This document shows positions 14,350-26,559 of a stretch of DNA of 64,000 nt, one piece after another. Source of the DNA: Lama glama (lineage: Eukaryota); contig CM052817.1 of the NCBI GenBank assembly GCA_028534125.1, positions 61,506,001-61,570,000 of the forward strand, written 5' to 3'. Position 1 is the stretch's first letter; each line of letters begins with the position of its first letter. The position numbers and the translations under genes are program-made. Under the pieces are notes generated by a model. That model searched no databases and was not told the origin of the DNA. It saw only the letters and a program-made list of their open reading frames with translations.

Positions 14350-15058
14350 TCCAGGTCTCTCAGTTCCCTAACATCTTCTGCTTTAGTGATCCATGCTTCA
14401 GTCACCAATTTTCAGTCATATCCTAGACCTGGTCTTTACTATTAACTACAGTTTCGCCATAACCTCATTTCTACACATCCCACTGTACTTCAAGAACCAC
14501 CACCTATATTCCACTCTGTCTCTATTACCTCAACTCCAGCAATCCTTTGACCATCCCCTGGCCCCACCTAACAACCTTTAATTCATTGATCCAAATACCT
14601 TTTAACTGTCCCTCAAGTCCTAATAGCCTCACTTTCTTTTTTTCCAAAATCAGTCATTATAATCAATGATCACCCCCTTACATACACCCTCAATTCCTTT
14701 GCCCATCTGTCATTTCATCATATTCATTTAACTAAAGCACTAGCCTGAATAAAATCAACTCTTAGTCATCTCTGTGTCTGCACCTGAGCAGATGGATATG
14801 GTTGGAGAAAAACCCACAACCATACTAACCAGTGTTTAAATTCATGACTATTAATCTCAAGTATGTTCTTAATAAATTCATGACTATTAATCTCAAGTAT
14901 GTTCTTAATAGTGACAAAGGTCAGCTGTATTTCTCTAGTACATTTACTTCTGCACTCTCCCCAAAAGCCATTTCATATCTTCTCCTTTCTCCTTAAACCT
15001 CTAATACGTCTTCCCCATCCTCACGATCAGCTGATGACCTTGATTCCTCTTTCACTCC
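14350..15058 (+). mobile_element. L2 LINE body fragment
   Basis: Pyrimidine-rich L2 ORF2-like sequence (GTCATATCCTAGACCTGGTC, TGGAGAAAAACCCACAACCATACT). It probably continues at 16810-17525. Confidence 0.65.
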
Positions 15059-15064
15059 TTTATG

Positions 15065-16295
15065 TAGGAAAGGGAACAAAAAAGGCATGCAATACAGAGA
15101 AAACAAATAATAAAATAGCACTCATAAATCCTACCCAATCAGTAATTACATGTAAATAAATTAAACACTCTAAAAGAAAAGGGCAGAGCAGATAAAAATC
15201 ATGATATGACTATATGCTGCCTATAACAGATATTTTAGATTATAAGACACAAATAGGTTGAAAGTAAAAGTATAGAAAAAAGATACATTGGATAAATATA
15301 ACCAAAAGAAAGCTGTAGTAACTATACTGATATCAGATAAAATAGGTATAAAGAAAAAAGTTGTAATTTGAGACAAAGAAGGACATTTTATAGTGATAAA
15401 GAGTTCAGTCTGTCAAGAAGGTAGAACAATTTATAAACATGTTTTCATCTAACAACAGAGCCCCAAAATATGTGAAGCAAAAACTGGCAGAGTACAAGGG
15501 AATAGTACAGATAATTCAACAATAATAGTTGAAAATTTCAGTACATCATTTTCAATAATTGATACAGTGACTGCCTAGAAAGTCAACAAGAATTAGAAGC
15601 CTTCCACAACACTATATACTAGGTAGATTTAACAGACATCTGTAGAATATTCTATCTAGGAACAAGAGAATGAAAATATAAACATATATATATATATATA
15701 ATTTTTTTTTCATCTTAAATGCACATGAAGCGGTCTCCAGGACAGACCATGTATTAAGGCATAAAACAAGATTCAATAAATGTAAAAAGATTGAGGTCAT
15801 ACAAAGTATGTTCTCTGATCAGAATGGAATGAAATTAGAAATTGATAACAGAAGAAAATGTGGGAATTTCACAAATACATGGAAATTAAACAATACACAC
15901 CTAAATAACCAGTGAGTCAGAGAAGACATCAAAAAAGGAAACTAGAAAATACTTTGAAATGAATGAAAATAAAAACATACCAAAACTTATTAAATGCAGC
16001 TAAAGCAGTGCTTAGAGGGGATTTATAGCAACAAATATTTAGATAAAGAAGAACAAAGCTCTGAAACCAGTAACAGAATCTTTCATCCTAAGACGCTAGA
16101 CAAAGAAGAGCAAACTAAACCTACAGCAAGCAGGAAAAAGGAAAGAATAAAGATTTCACTGGAAATTAATGAAATAGAGATTCTTTTTTCAATAGAGAAA
16201 ATCAGTGAAAACAAAAGTTGTTTCTTTGAAAAGATCAACACAGTTGACAAATGCTTAATTTAACTACCAAGAAAACAAAGGAGACTCAAATGACT
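15065..16295 (+). mobile_element. Old L1 (L1M) fragment, decayed ORF2 endonuclease region
   Basis: A-rich sense strand with ORF2-like stretches (GACAAAGAAGGACATTTTATAGTGATAAAG, GCAGCTAAAGCAGTGCTTAGAGGG; ORF-track 15994 contains ISENKSCFFEKINTVDK). Many stops and frameshifts. Confidence 0.88.
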
Positions 16296-16309
16296 AGTTT
16301 CTATGCGTT

Positions 16310-16808
16310 ACGTATGAGTCTGGCCATGGGTTAGTTGAGTCCTTGCTCAGAATCTCACCAGGCTGAATTCATGGTGTCATCTGGAGATCAGGGTCCTCTT
16401 CCAGATTCATTTAGGTTATTGACCAAACTTAGTTCCTCACAGCTGTGTCTGAGGCCCTCAGCCAGCTCCCAGAGTCCACCCCATCCTTCAGTAGTTCACA
16501 GTATGACTGCTTTCTTTCTCAGGACCAGCAGGAGAGCATCTGCTGTTGCTTTTTGCCTATTTTAAGCACTTACCTAGTTAGGCCAGGGCCAACCTAGGAT
16601 AATATCTCTGAATTAACTCAGTGTCAACGGATTAAGGAGCTCAGTTACCTTTGTATTATCCTCTTACCATATAAAGTAATCTAATCCCAGGAGTGATATT
16701 CCATCATATTCACAGGTCCCACCTGTACCTCAGGGGAGCGAATTATACAAGCCTCGTACACCAAAGGGTCGGTATCTTGGGGGCTGTATTAGAATTTTAC
16801 CTTCCATG
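16310..16808 (-). mobile_element. MaLR LTR (MLT1E/F-like)
   Basis: TCTCACCAGGCTGAATTCATGGTGTCA...CCATCATATTCACAGGTCCCAC...ATCTTGGGGGCTGTATTAGAATT resembles MLT1 in antisense. Confidence 0.65.
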
Positions 16809-16809
16809 C

Positions 16810-17526
16810 GGCCTTTCCCAGTCTTCTTCCCTTTCTAGGTTAGGTGTTAGCTTTGTTCTCACAGTTGCTCAGACCTTATGTGATCTATCAGCACATCCTT
16901 TTGGCTTTAAGTTCTAAATACATCCACAATCTAAACACTTCTCTTTCTGCTACCGTCCTGATCCACATCACTGTCATTCTTGGGATAATATAGTTGTTTT
17001 TTTAACTAATATTTCTGCTTTGGCCCTTGCCCTATACCTGTGTGTTATCAACACAGAACAGTGGCTGGAGTAATTCTGAGAAAACACAAATCAGATCATT
17101 GTCACTCCTTTGCTTGAAACCCGGTAATGGCTCTGCTTTTGGTAGAAGCCAGAATCCTCCTAATGGCCTAAAGCCCTATACAGTCACCCCCGCCTCATTA
17201 TCTCGCTGTCCTTATTGCTTGCCAGTTTCCCCCTTGTTTCTTCTACTCCATACACACTGGCCTTGCTGTTTCTCAGACACCCTGGACTCCTTCATCAGGC
17301 CCCTTGCATTTGCTGCTTCCTTTGTTTGGATTTTCTTCCTCTAGATATTTGCATAGTTCCCCTTCACCTTCTTCTGGTCCTTCCTTCTTCATCTTATTTG
17401 TTGTCTCTATCCCCATCCTAGAATGTCAGTTCCATGTGAGCAGGGGTTTTTTCCGGCTTTGTTTCCTGCCAACTTCCTTGCTCCTGGAAGAGTGCCTGCC
17501 ACATATCACTGACCAGATGATGAATT
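16810..17526 (+). mobile_element. L2 LINE 3' part
   Basis: CAGATCATTGTCACTCCTTTGCTTGAAAC...TAGAATGTCAGTTCCATGTGAGCAGGG...GAGTGCCTGCCACATA...GATGATGAAT. Confidence 0.8.
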
Positions 17527-19243
17527 AACTTTTTAAAAACATTTGGAAGAATGTGTGATAGTAGTCTTGCCGAGATGAAATTATAGCCTACTTACTTGTC
17601 TTATTATATAAAATCACATTTCTCTAGCTTTTCTGGTTTTATAATAATTTTAGTATAAAGCATGGACTGTAATTGTCTCTAATAAACTTCTAAAAATTAT
17701 CAATTTATATTACCTTTTTTAGAACTTATTCTTTTTGTTCACTATTATGTTTGAGCTCATTTTACATGTGCATTTGTTCTTGAGGAACAAATCATTTATG
17801 TCTTTAAAATAAAAAGCTATGGTTGGCCTCATAACCTTTTAAATGTAGTATTTTAAAGGGCTGCGAATTGAAATTATACACAATGAAAGTAGAACTATAT
17901 TTTTTTACGTTCTAAACTGGAAAGTTTTGAGCGTAATCAGCTGGAAATAAAGAATTAAGGACATCAAAAATATGGTATTTCTGAATTTTCTGAATGATTG
18001 TTAATATTTCTGATTTTGACCTTTATAAATCTTAAATCTTTGTCACTGTGTGTTTCCTTCTCCTTTACTTTCTTCTCTTCCTGTGTGTGTCTGTGTATAT
18101 ATTTGTGATCTTCTGTTTCACTCTATTCTTCTGGCTATATTGTTCTTAGACTGCTCAGGCTAAGCCTTTCCTAAAAGTTGACCATGATGAAAAACTGGCT
18201 AATACATTTTTGTTATTTATTATATCTAGTTAAGTAGAATACCAGCTTTCATATTGATTTTGAGCATGTTATTGTTTATGTGGCTTTGTTTTTAACTTTT
18301 GTTGATTAACTTCTTTTGATTGTTTTTAGTTTCTTTTTTGCTTTTCACTTCTATTGATGCAGTAACTTTTGGTTGAATAAAAATTTTTGATCTGTAGTGG
18401 CTGAGCCTTGGAGGATTCCAGCTTCACAGTTCATCATCCTCATAATCTCAGAGAAGTTGGCTAACTTCTCCGCTGTTTTTTTCATCTGTTGGTAGAGTTC
18501 ATTTCTATCACCGAGGGTTATTGTAAGAATTAAATAACAAAAGGAGGCAAGAAGTAAGCATTTGATTCTGAAGCGAAATCCCTTTTAACCTGTGCCTGTT
18601 GAAATTTGCATTTCCTTTTACCTTTCCGAATAAGCTTTTCTTTTGCTCTGAATTCTTTCCTTAGCATCCTTCGCTTGCTTTCCTTCCAATTTTTTTGTTT
18701 TCTTTTTGGCATAAATGTCATGGAAGGTGGACAGGGTAAAAGGTTTCATGCTGTGGCTCTTCTGTCTCAGCCAGTCAGGGCTTCAGCTCTGGCCCCCGCC
18801 CTTCCCCTGTCAGTCAGCAGGTATTTAGTGATGGCGGCTCAAGGGGCGCGGGGCCCTCAGAGAGGCAGCCGACAGCCAAGGGCGTCACTTCTCTGTGCAG
18901 TTACCCGAGCCTGTTGTTCACTTCACGGACCAAAATCCAGTCCTACGAGGAACAAGAGCTTCTTCAGTGTTAATCCTGTGTTAACGAATTTGTTTTAATT
19001 AGTCCCTTGCCTACACAGAAGAGAGTACTTTGTTGTAGCTAAGAGATTTTATTGTTTCATCTATAGACATTACTTCAAGGGCATGGATGTGGAAGATGCT
19101 CTTTCAGCTCAGCAAGGAATATCAGGTTGTGCAGGAGCACAGGTCATTGTCACCTCACTTTGTAAAGATGCAGAGGGAGTTTCTTTACTGTCATTAAGAT
19201 CTTTCATTATTCAACTTTGATAAACTAAGTAAATATCTGAAAA

Positions 19244-19400
19244 TTTCTTCCTTCCCTTCCCTTCCCTTCCCTTCCCTTCCCTTCCCTTCCCTTCCCTTTC
19301 CCCTTTCCTTTCCTTCCCCCTTTCCTTTCCTTCCTTTCCTTTCCTTTCCTTTCCTTTCCTTTCCTTTCCTTTCCTTTCCTTTCCTTTCCTTTCCTTTCCT
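19244..19400. repeat. Compound pentanucleotide repeat (CTTCC)n/(CTTTC)n, a pure pyrimidine tract
   Basis: About 155 nt containing only C and T on the + strand. Confidence 0.97.
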
Positions 19401-21044
19401 ACTCTATTCCAGAAAGCTTTCAAAAAGACTTTTAAGAATACATGAAATATATGAAAACCTTTTAATTACAAAAAGGAGAAAAAAAAGGATGAAAATCATG
19501 GGTGGGGCTATTAAAAATGAAGACTGGAGAAAATTTTGTCATTGAGACTGGATGATAATGACATACATACTTGCTGTGGTTAGACTGGATTTGGCTTTAA
19601 GCCTTTCAGCAGTCTGCAAAAAAAAAATGTTTTAAATTACAGTGAGATAATAAAAAGAATAAATCTCTTGCTCAGAAGAAGCAAAACCATTCTTGTTACA
19701 AAAACCTGAAAGGAGATTCTCCCGGGAATCCATGTCATAACGGCCCTGTGTGATCCGACAGAGGTGCTCTCAGCAGCACCTTGCAGGAGACTCGGGGATT
19801 TTGTGGAGCTGTTGTCCGTGCAAACTGATGATGTCACCCTTAGCACCAGTCAATCTGTGGATTGGTCAGGCCCAGTCTGCTCTGATTCCGGGTTCTCTGC
19901 TGGTCAGAGTTGATCTCAACACTTATTTTAGAAAAGTCTAGACAATGGATTATATGTTCCTTAGTCAGCTGTTCTTAAACATCTTTTTTTTTTTCCCTCA
20001 GATGAACTTTGTTAAATATTTGGTAGCACTGATAGACAAGTTTCAAGAGGAAAGCTCTTCCTTCCAAGTACATGCTAATACTTAGGCTTGAACAGGATGC
20101 AGAACTTGAGGTTGGATTGGCTTCTTTTCCAAACTGAGTCATCAAATACGGATGCTGGTCTCAAGGGGCCATCCAGCCTTCTGGACGAGCTGAAGATGTG
20201 CCCTAATAAATTTACCCTCGGAGACTGGTTTGAATCTACTTTAATGTCCAGACCAATGGTAGCATAAAACCCTACAATTCTGTGTTATGGTTGCAGTAAG
20301 TTTACCCTGGTAGATTTTTCAAGCGCACATCACAAAGACATCCACCTGGTGGAAAAGCTCAGTGCATTCATAAAACTTTGTCTAGCTTTGAGCATTATAT
20401 GATTCCTTGGTTTATTTCTTAGGATAAACTGCTTGCCAAATACGTACTGAGAAAATGAAGTGAAGTGTTAAGTAGGACTGTCATTTATAAACCAGTTAAA
20501 AATTGAGGGACAACCTACCGAAAGTAACACATTTGGTTACAGAATAAGTGATCTGTAGCACTTTTTTTTTTCTGACAGGAAATAGTTAACAAAGGCATTC
20601 CTTGTTAGTAGTGACAAAAATAGTATCCTAAAGTTTAAAAAAATAATAATAATAAACTACTTGTCTCCAAAGCTAAGAGCTGCATGCACTAGCTTATATA
20701 AAATGGCACCATATTAATAATAAGAAACAAATTAATAAAAAGTGGGGCTAGGAGATATCCCCTTATGCCCCCAGAACACATTTTAATCATTCTTCAAGAG
20801 CCTTACTACTTTCTTGACTCCTACAGAATTAGGTGCTGGTTCTGAATAAACTTTAATGTATTTGTGAAGAATTCCCCAATGGGAACCAAGATTTATGTTA
20901 TTGTCAAAGGCTAAAAACTGTTTCGACTGTGTCATGCTCATTACGGTGACCTTTTCCCATTAATAATCTGCCTAAAGGCCAGGTATCTTGTGCTTACTAA
21001 GAATTAATTAGGATGATAATTGATGGTGATGAGATCAGAGGCAA

Positions 21045-21275
21045 AATATCAGTTGACTAGGGCAGTATACTAGAAATCAGGAAATTCAGCTTCTGGCCTT
21101 CATTCAATCAGTGATTTTATGATACATGTCATCTCTTTTGACATTCTGTATCTCAGCTTCTCCATCTGCTAAACTGAGTTCATAATAACTGCCCTGGTCT
21201 ATCTCACAGGAATGTCTCATGGACAAATTAGATAACTGTAAAAGTGCCTCGGAGGTAAAGCCACTCTGTGAATAA
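21045..21275 (+). mobile_element. MIR SINE
   Basis: TCTGTATCTCAGCTTCTCCATCTGCTAAACTGAGTTCATAATAACTGCCCTG...TGTAAAAGTGC. Confidence 0.65.
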
Positions 21276-22122
21276 GAATTAGTGTGAGGTAGCTACTGAA
21301 AAGTATGTTGCAGAGGCTGGGGTGGTTAATCTCCCCAGGCCTCATGACTAGATAAAGCTTCTTAATGGATTCCTGTCAAGCAAACCAAACCCACCTTATC
21401 AGTTCCTGGCTGTATAGTATTTAATGGAAAAAAATCTCCTTTACAGACATTTCTTACCTTGATACAAATGTACGTTAAAAATCAGTCATGTTTCAATTAA
21501 ATAAACCCTTTCTAAGTAGCTTCAAATAATCTCTAATATCCAGTTTATAATTTCTGTAGTCATTTTAGAGGGTAAGGATTTGCTATGTTTAATGAAGTTG
21601 AGAAGTACTATATGAAATAATACATGGGGAAGAGAAATTGACTCATGTTTTCTCAGGTAATACTTATTACTATTTTTAAGACTGACATTACCAAATTGAG
21701 ATTTTTTTTTCTTTTGTTTGTTTTATAGAAATGTCAAACTCATTTCTGCCTAAACCTTTCATTTTTTTCCTGGTTACTTCATAATCTGTCACATTTAACC
21801 TTCTCATTCTCAATCATACTCATAACGCAGACAGACTCACTCACTGCAGCTCAAAATCATAACCACCAAATCCCTTGAAGATGAAAAAACAAGGGGCAGG
21901 GATGGCCTTTCCTGAAGAAATCCCTTCAGTGCTCTTACTCCTCTTCCCTGTTGTCTTCACGTCAATGTGCAAAGAGTTCCTATGTAAATTTATAGCACCC
22001 AAGTGTTTAGTCCTTGAGAAGAAGAATTGAGCAAGTATTTAATTATTTGCATAAAGAGGTCCTATCCGGGCTAACTAGAAACTTCTATTCCTAACTCAAC
22101 TTCATCTCTTTTCTTCCTGCAG

Positions 22123-22303
22123 GGGACCATTCCTAGTGGCACTGGGGAAATCTTGGCACCCAGAAGAATTTAACTGTGCTCACTGCAAAAATACAATGGC
22201 CTACATTGGATTTGTAGAGGAACAGGGTGCCTTGTATTGTGAGCTCTGCTATGAGAAATTCTTTGCTCCTGAATGTGGTCGATGCCAAAGGAAGATCCTT
22301 GGA
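22123..22303 (+). CDS. PDLIM5: PDLIM5 coding exon (LIM1 and start of LIM2)
   Basis: Branch-like CTAAC at 22091-22095, acceptor TTTTCTTCCTGCAG, donor GGA|GTAAGT at 22304. Encodes [60 protein letters not shown]; 181 nt. Confidence 0.98.
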
Positions 22304-23825
22304 GTAAGTACTGGAAACCTTTTCATTCTGAGTGAGTTTTAAAGCAGAACAGTTTTTTGGTATGAGACCCTTCCATCCTTTTTACTTTTTATTTTCTTCT
22401 TGCTTGATCTCCTCTTTGCTTTCATCACTATTTATTTTTGTAAAGCAAATCTAAATAGGCCTCTGTAGGAGTATATCGGACTCATGGGGTTAAGTTGTCT
22501 TTGGTTTTGTCTTACTGAGTACTGGCTTGTCTGGTTAAAGTCTAGCTACGCTGTGGGGAAAAAATAATTTACTGTGGGTGTGCTACCTCAACAGGACCCT
22601 GTTTGCTCAGGAATGAAGAGGTCGCACAGGACCACACACGTCTGAGTTCTCAGAACCGACACCTTCCCTGTTTTAAATTAAATTCCATCGCTTTTATAAG
22701 AGCAGCATTTCCCCATTTGTCAGGGTTCAAGCACAGGGCACAGGTCTCGTGAAATATATAAAACATGAAGCTTATAAATGGTATATTTTTCTTGAATGCA
22801 TATAATGTTTAAAAATATAACCTCAGTTTTATGAGAGTATACATGTGATAGAAAAATAATCAAACCGCCTTTTTTTTTTTTTACAAAAGAGTAATTTAGC
22901 AGTCAGATACATAATAAATAATGATGAATGAATGAATGAATGTCCTACTCTGGAATACCCAATTTGCAGTTGTGAAGTAAGGGTAAGGCATTTCCTATGG
23001 GTGACCAGGAGTTAGAATTTTACTTTTAGAAGCAGCCAAGGTCCTGGACTCATAGAAAACTCATACAACTCATACAAACTTTGGAAATGACATTGCTGAG
23101 TTCTGTTTCAATATGAAAATATAGTAATGAAACTCTAATTCATATTAATTCAGAGAAGAGTTAGTATGAGTTATTGAGCAGTCTTAATTTTAGAATACAT
23201 CTTTAAATGGGCCTAAAATTTTGAGGGCACTTAAAAATTATAAATATACTACATGGAATATGTCTATATTATTAATTTGTACAATATGTGGACAACAAAA
23301 GAGAAGAGTGATTCAGGCTGTACCTTTCCAAATGACAAAGAATTAATAGGTAGAATACATTAATACTGTTTTAGTAGATAAATGTATTCTGTGGATTCTA
23401 GAATAATTAATAAAACAAAGTCAGGTAAGAATCTAAGCACCAAATGAGGTTCTTGGAAATAGAAATCTTAAACTCGCTGCTACAGACATGGGCCAGAACA
23501 TCACTAAAGGGAGAGACTCTCTGGATTGTGTTTTAGTTGTCTGATAGCCTACTGAAGAAGGAATAGTAATCTGTCTCCAGGATAGGGAGCTGACTATATC
23601 TAGAAGCCTTGGGAAATGTTTTGGTTGAATGTATATTTCTTGTATGTGCTTATTGTGATCTCTTTGGGTCTAACTAACTGCCATTTCTTCCTCTTGTCTT
23701 TTATTAGTGAACTGTGGCATTTTCTATGGCTAATAATTTATTCTATATTCCTTTATTTTATTTTGACAGTGTTTTTAATTACAAAAAATATTTCACTCTT
23801 TAACAATTAGAAAATACAAAAAATA

Positions 23826-23941
23826 GAAGGGGGGTATAGCTAAAGTGGTAGAGCCCGTGCTTATCATGCACGAGGTCCTGGGTTCATTCCCTAGTATTTC
23901 CGTTAAAAATAAATTAAATAAACCCAATTACCCCCCCCTAA

Positions 23942-24017
<76 letters not shown>

Positions 24018-24020
24018 TAA
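23826..24020 (+). mobile_element. tRNA-derived SINE (camelid Vic-1-like) with 17-bp target-site duplication and microsatellite tail
   Basis: A-box TAGCTAAAGTGG and B-box-like GGTTCATTCCC. Perfect duplication AGAAAATACAAAAAATA at 23809-23825 and 24021-24037. Tail contains (TG)22 then (TA)n. Confidence 0.88.
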
Positions 24021-24889
24021 AGAAAATACAAAAAATACAAAGAATAAAATTAAAATGACCTGTATGTTTACCAATTCCAGAGAGTTCCTGTTAACCTTAG
24101 TATGTGCTTTCTTCCAATGTTCTTCTTATAAGTAATCCATTTATAAAATTGTAATTATGCTTTATGTATATGGCACCCTCTTTTTTGTGATAAATATTGT
24201 GGAAAAAGTAAATTCCTCTGTTATTACCTATTCTTCAAAAATGATTTTTAATGGCTGTATCTCTTCCTCTCACTTCAAAGAAATGATTCCTTGCAAACCA
24301 CCTTCCCCAGACTTCTTTTACTGCTTAAAATCTGGCCCAAGTCTTTGATACTTCGTACATGTAAAGCACAGGGCCACTGTTGACTAGAATCCATGCTTTA
24401 TGGTTCAAATTTTAGACACTCATTTGAATGTGTGCTTAGTACAGTCATAGCTGATTTCCAAAATCCTAAGCATGTGTTAAACATGATTGGATTACACTGT
24501 TGCAGTTATTGCTTCCATCATGCACCAAAGTATAGGTTTGTTTTAGTTTTTAAATGTTTTGCCCTTCCTCCCTGACATTTTCAAGATAATACTGTGAAAC
24601 CTTTACAAGTTAATGTTTCCTGACACCCTTTGAGAGAAAACAGAATGTATTGTAGCAAGCACTTATAAAATGCTTTTATTCACTGCATGCATAATGTTTA
24701 ACATAGTAAATCATTCTTTAAATAAGTTTGTTGGTGTGTATTTGTGAAAAATGCTTATTTTATATAGAGCATCAGTTTAGATGATTCGTGAGTCTGTTCT
24801 TAAATATCTCTAGTTCCTTAGAGGAAAAGCTTAGGGAAAGACAAAGCATGTATGTCCACTTTGGGTCAGGTTAAAAGGGCTATATTGGT

Positions 24890-25042
24890 GGTGGGAGGGT
24901 GTAGCTCAACGACAGAGTGCATGCTTGACATGCACGAGGTCCTCGGTTCAATTCCAGTACTGCCATTAAATAAATAAATAAATAAGTAAAACAAATAAAA
25001 TGAATAAACCTGATTACCTCCCTACCCAAAAAGTAAATAAAT
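24890..25042 (+). mobile_element. tRNA-derived SINE (camelid Vic-1-like)
   Basis: GGGAGGGTGTAGCTCAACGACAGAGTGCATGCTTGACATGCACGAGGTCCTCGGTTCAATTCC with an (AAAT)n tail. Target-site duplication AAAAGGGCTATATTGGT (24873-24889) / AAAAGGGCTGTGTTGGT (25043-25059) at a TT|AAAA site. Confidence 0.88.
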
Positions 25043-25116
25043 AAAAGGGCTGTGTTGGTACAGTTAGTACAATAAGCGTTCATCTTTCTTTACATCCAAT
25101 TACTTTTTTCTGACAG

Positions 25117-25237
25117 GAAGTCATCAATGCTTTGAAACAAACTTGGCATGTTTCCTGTTTTGTGTGCGTGGCCTGTGGAAAACCTATTCGTAATAATGTT
25201 TTTCACTTGGAGGATGGTGAACCCTACTGTGAGACTG
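25117..25237 (+). CDS. PDLIM5: PDLIM5 coding exon (LIM2)
   Basis: Acceptor TTTTTTCTGACAG, donor CTG|GTAAGA at 25238. Encodes [40 protein letters not shown](D); 121 nt. Not in the ORF track; translated by hand. Confidence 0.98.
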
Positions 25238-26304
25238 GTAAGATCCTGAAGACATTAGTTTCTTAAGTTTTGAATGAAGATAAAACATTAATCCTTTTAT
25301 TGCTATAAAGTTGAAAGGAAATACTAGGCAAAAGAGTTGTACTGATTGTTTTAGGAGCACTTAACATTACTCTAAATGTATAGCAAATGTGACTGTCAAA
25401 ACAGATATTCCCCACTTCATTAAGAGAAGTGAGCATGTAAGCAATTACTTAGAGAACTACTTTTCTTGAATCACCAATAACTTACGGGTATTAATCCTAC
25501 CAAATCGTGTAGCTTAAAGCCACCTCTTACACTCCACTAGTGAATTTTGAGTGGTTATAAACATGAGAAGTGTTCAGGTTTTGAATATGATATTGATGTG
25601 CTCTTTAAGGCAACTGCCTTGACAATAAATTGGAAATCCTTTGTTCCTTTTACTGAATGGGAAGGTAATCCTGGTTTGGTTTGCTCCCTTGGTGAACTTA
25701 TTTTTAAAAATCCAGGCTCTAAGGACCAGTCTACTACATTTGTCCTATTACCTGAACTCTGAACACTTCCTTTTCCTTTCCAAAGGCTGTAAGTGAACGT
25801 TCATAACACTTATTTATTATTACCCTTACCTAGATATTACTACCACACATGCATGTTTCAAAACATAAAATATTATGCCCTTACTGTGCCTCCACTCAGT
25901 ACCACTGCATTGCTACAATGGGCTTTATTGTTGCTCTACCTCGAAATTCAAAGGATGGTGCTGGAAGAAGGGAGTCTTTCACAGTGGTCAACTTACAGCA
26001 GCAGTCCGCTTCTCATTTGAGGCTGGTCAGCATGACTTGACTCTTCTTTGCCCAACCTAATTAGTAAACCCTAACCATTCTCCCCCAAGTGTGTATTGAA
26101 CTCATGCTTGTCTCTCACCTCAGCTGCCATCACTAAATCCAATTCACTCTAACCCTTCACCTGGACATTGTCATTGCCAGCTAAAATGGTTTATCTTCTT
26201 TTCCCCAACCCTCAAATAGTTATGATAATATTTGTTTAAATGTGAATCAGAATGTGCTTAATACCTTCATGGTTTGCATTAGAGTGAACACTATGCTTCT
26301 CACT

Positions 26305-26552
26305 AGAGCTGGCTTTGGGGCCCAATTCCTGGAAGTCCTCACCCTTTCCCCAAAACAGTTGGAACAGTCTTCCTACTTGTTAGCATATGAAACTACCCAG
26401 CCCATAAAAACTAAAACCCCCGTACCCTGGGGCTGCCTGTCTTGCCTTCTGAGATGGGCCACACTCGGTCTGTGGAGGGTGTATCTCCCTGAGTAAATCT
26501 GCTTTCACTTTATGCCTTGCTCTTGAATTCTTTCCTGCACGAGACAAGAAGC
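26305..26552 (+). mobile_element. ERV1-type LTR fragment (U3/R/U5 part)
   Basis: CCCATAAAAA TATA-like box, AGTAAATCTGCTTTCACTTT poly(A)-like region, and CTCTTGAATTCTTTCCTGCACGAGACAAGAA typical of ERV1 LTR ends. Confidence 0.6.
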
Positions 26553-26559
26553 TATATTC

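Noticed and set aside
18606..18998. 130-aa + strand ORF
   Set aside because: Starts at a non-ATG codon, has no homology I recognise, and reflects a local GC-rich patch.
19211..19423. KERKG/EGKGR repeat protein ORF
   Set aside because: Translation artefact of the pentanucleotide repeat.
23826..23905. tRNA-like sequences here, at 24890 and at 38860
   Set aside because: They have A-rich tails and target-site duplications and lack a proper cloverleaf, so they are SINEs rather than tRNA genes.
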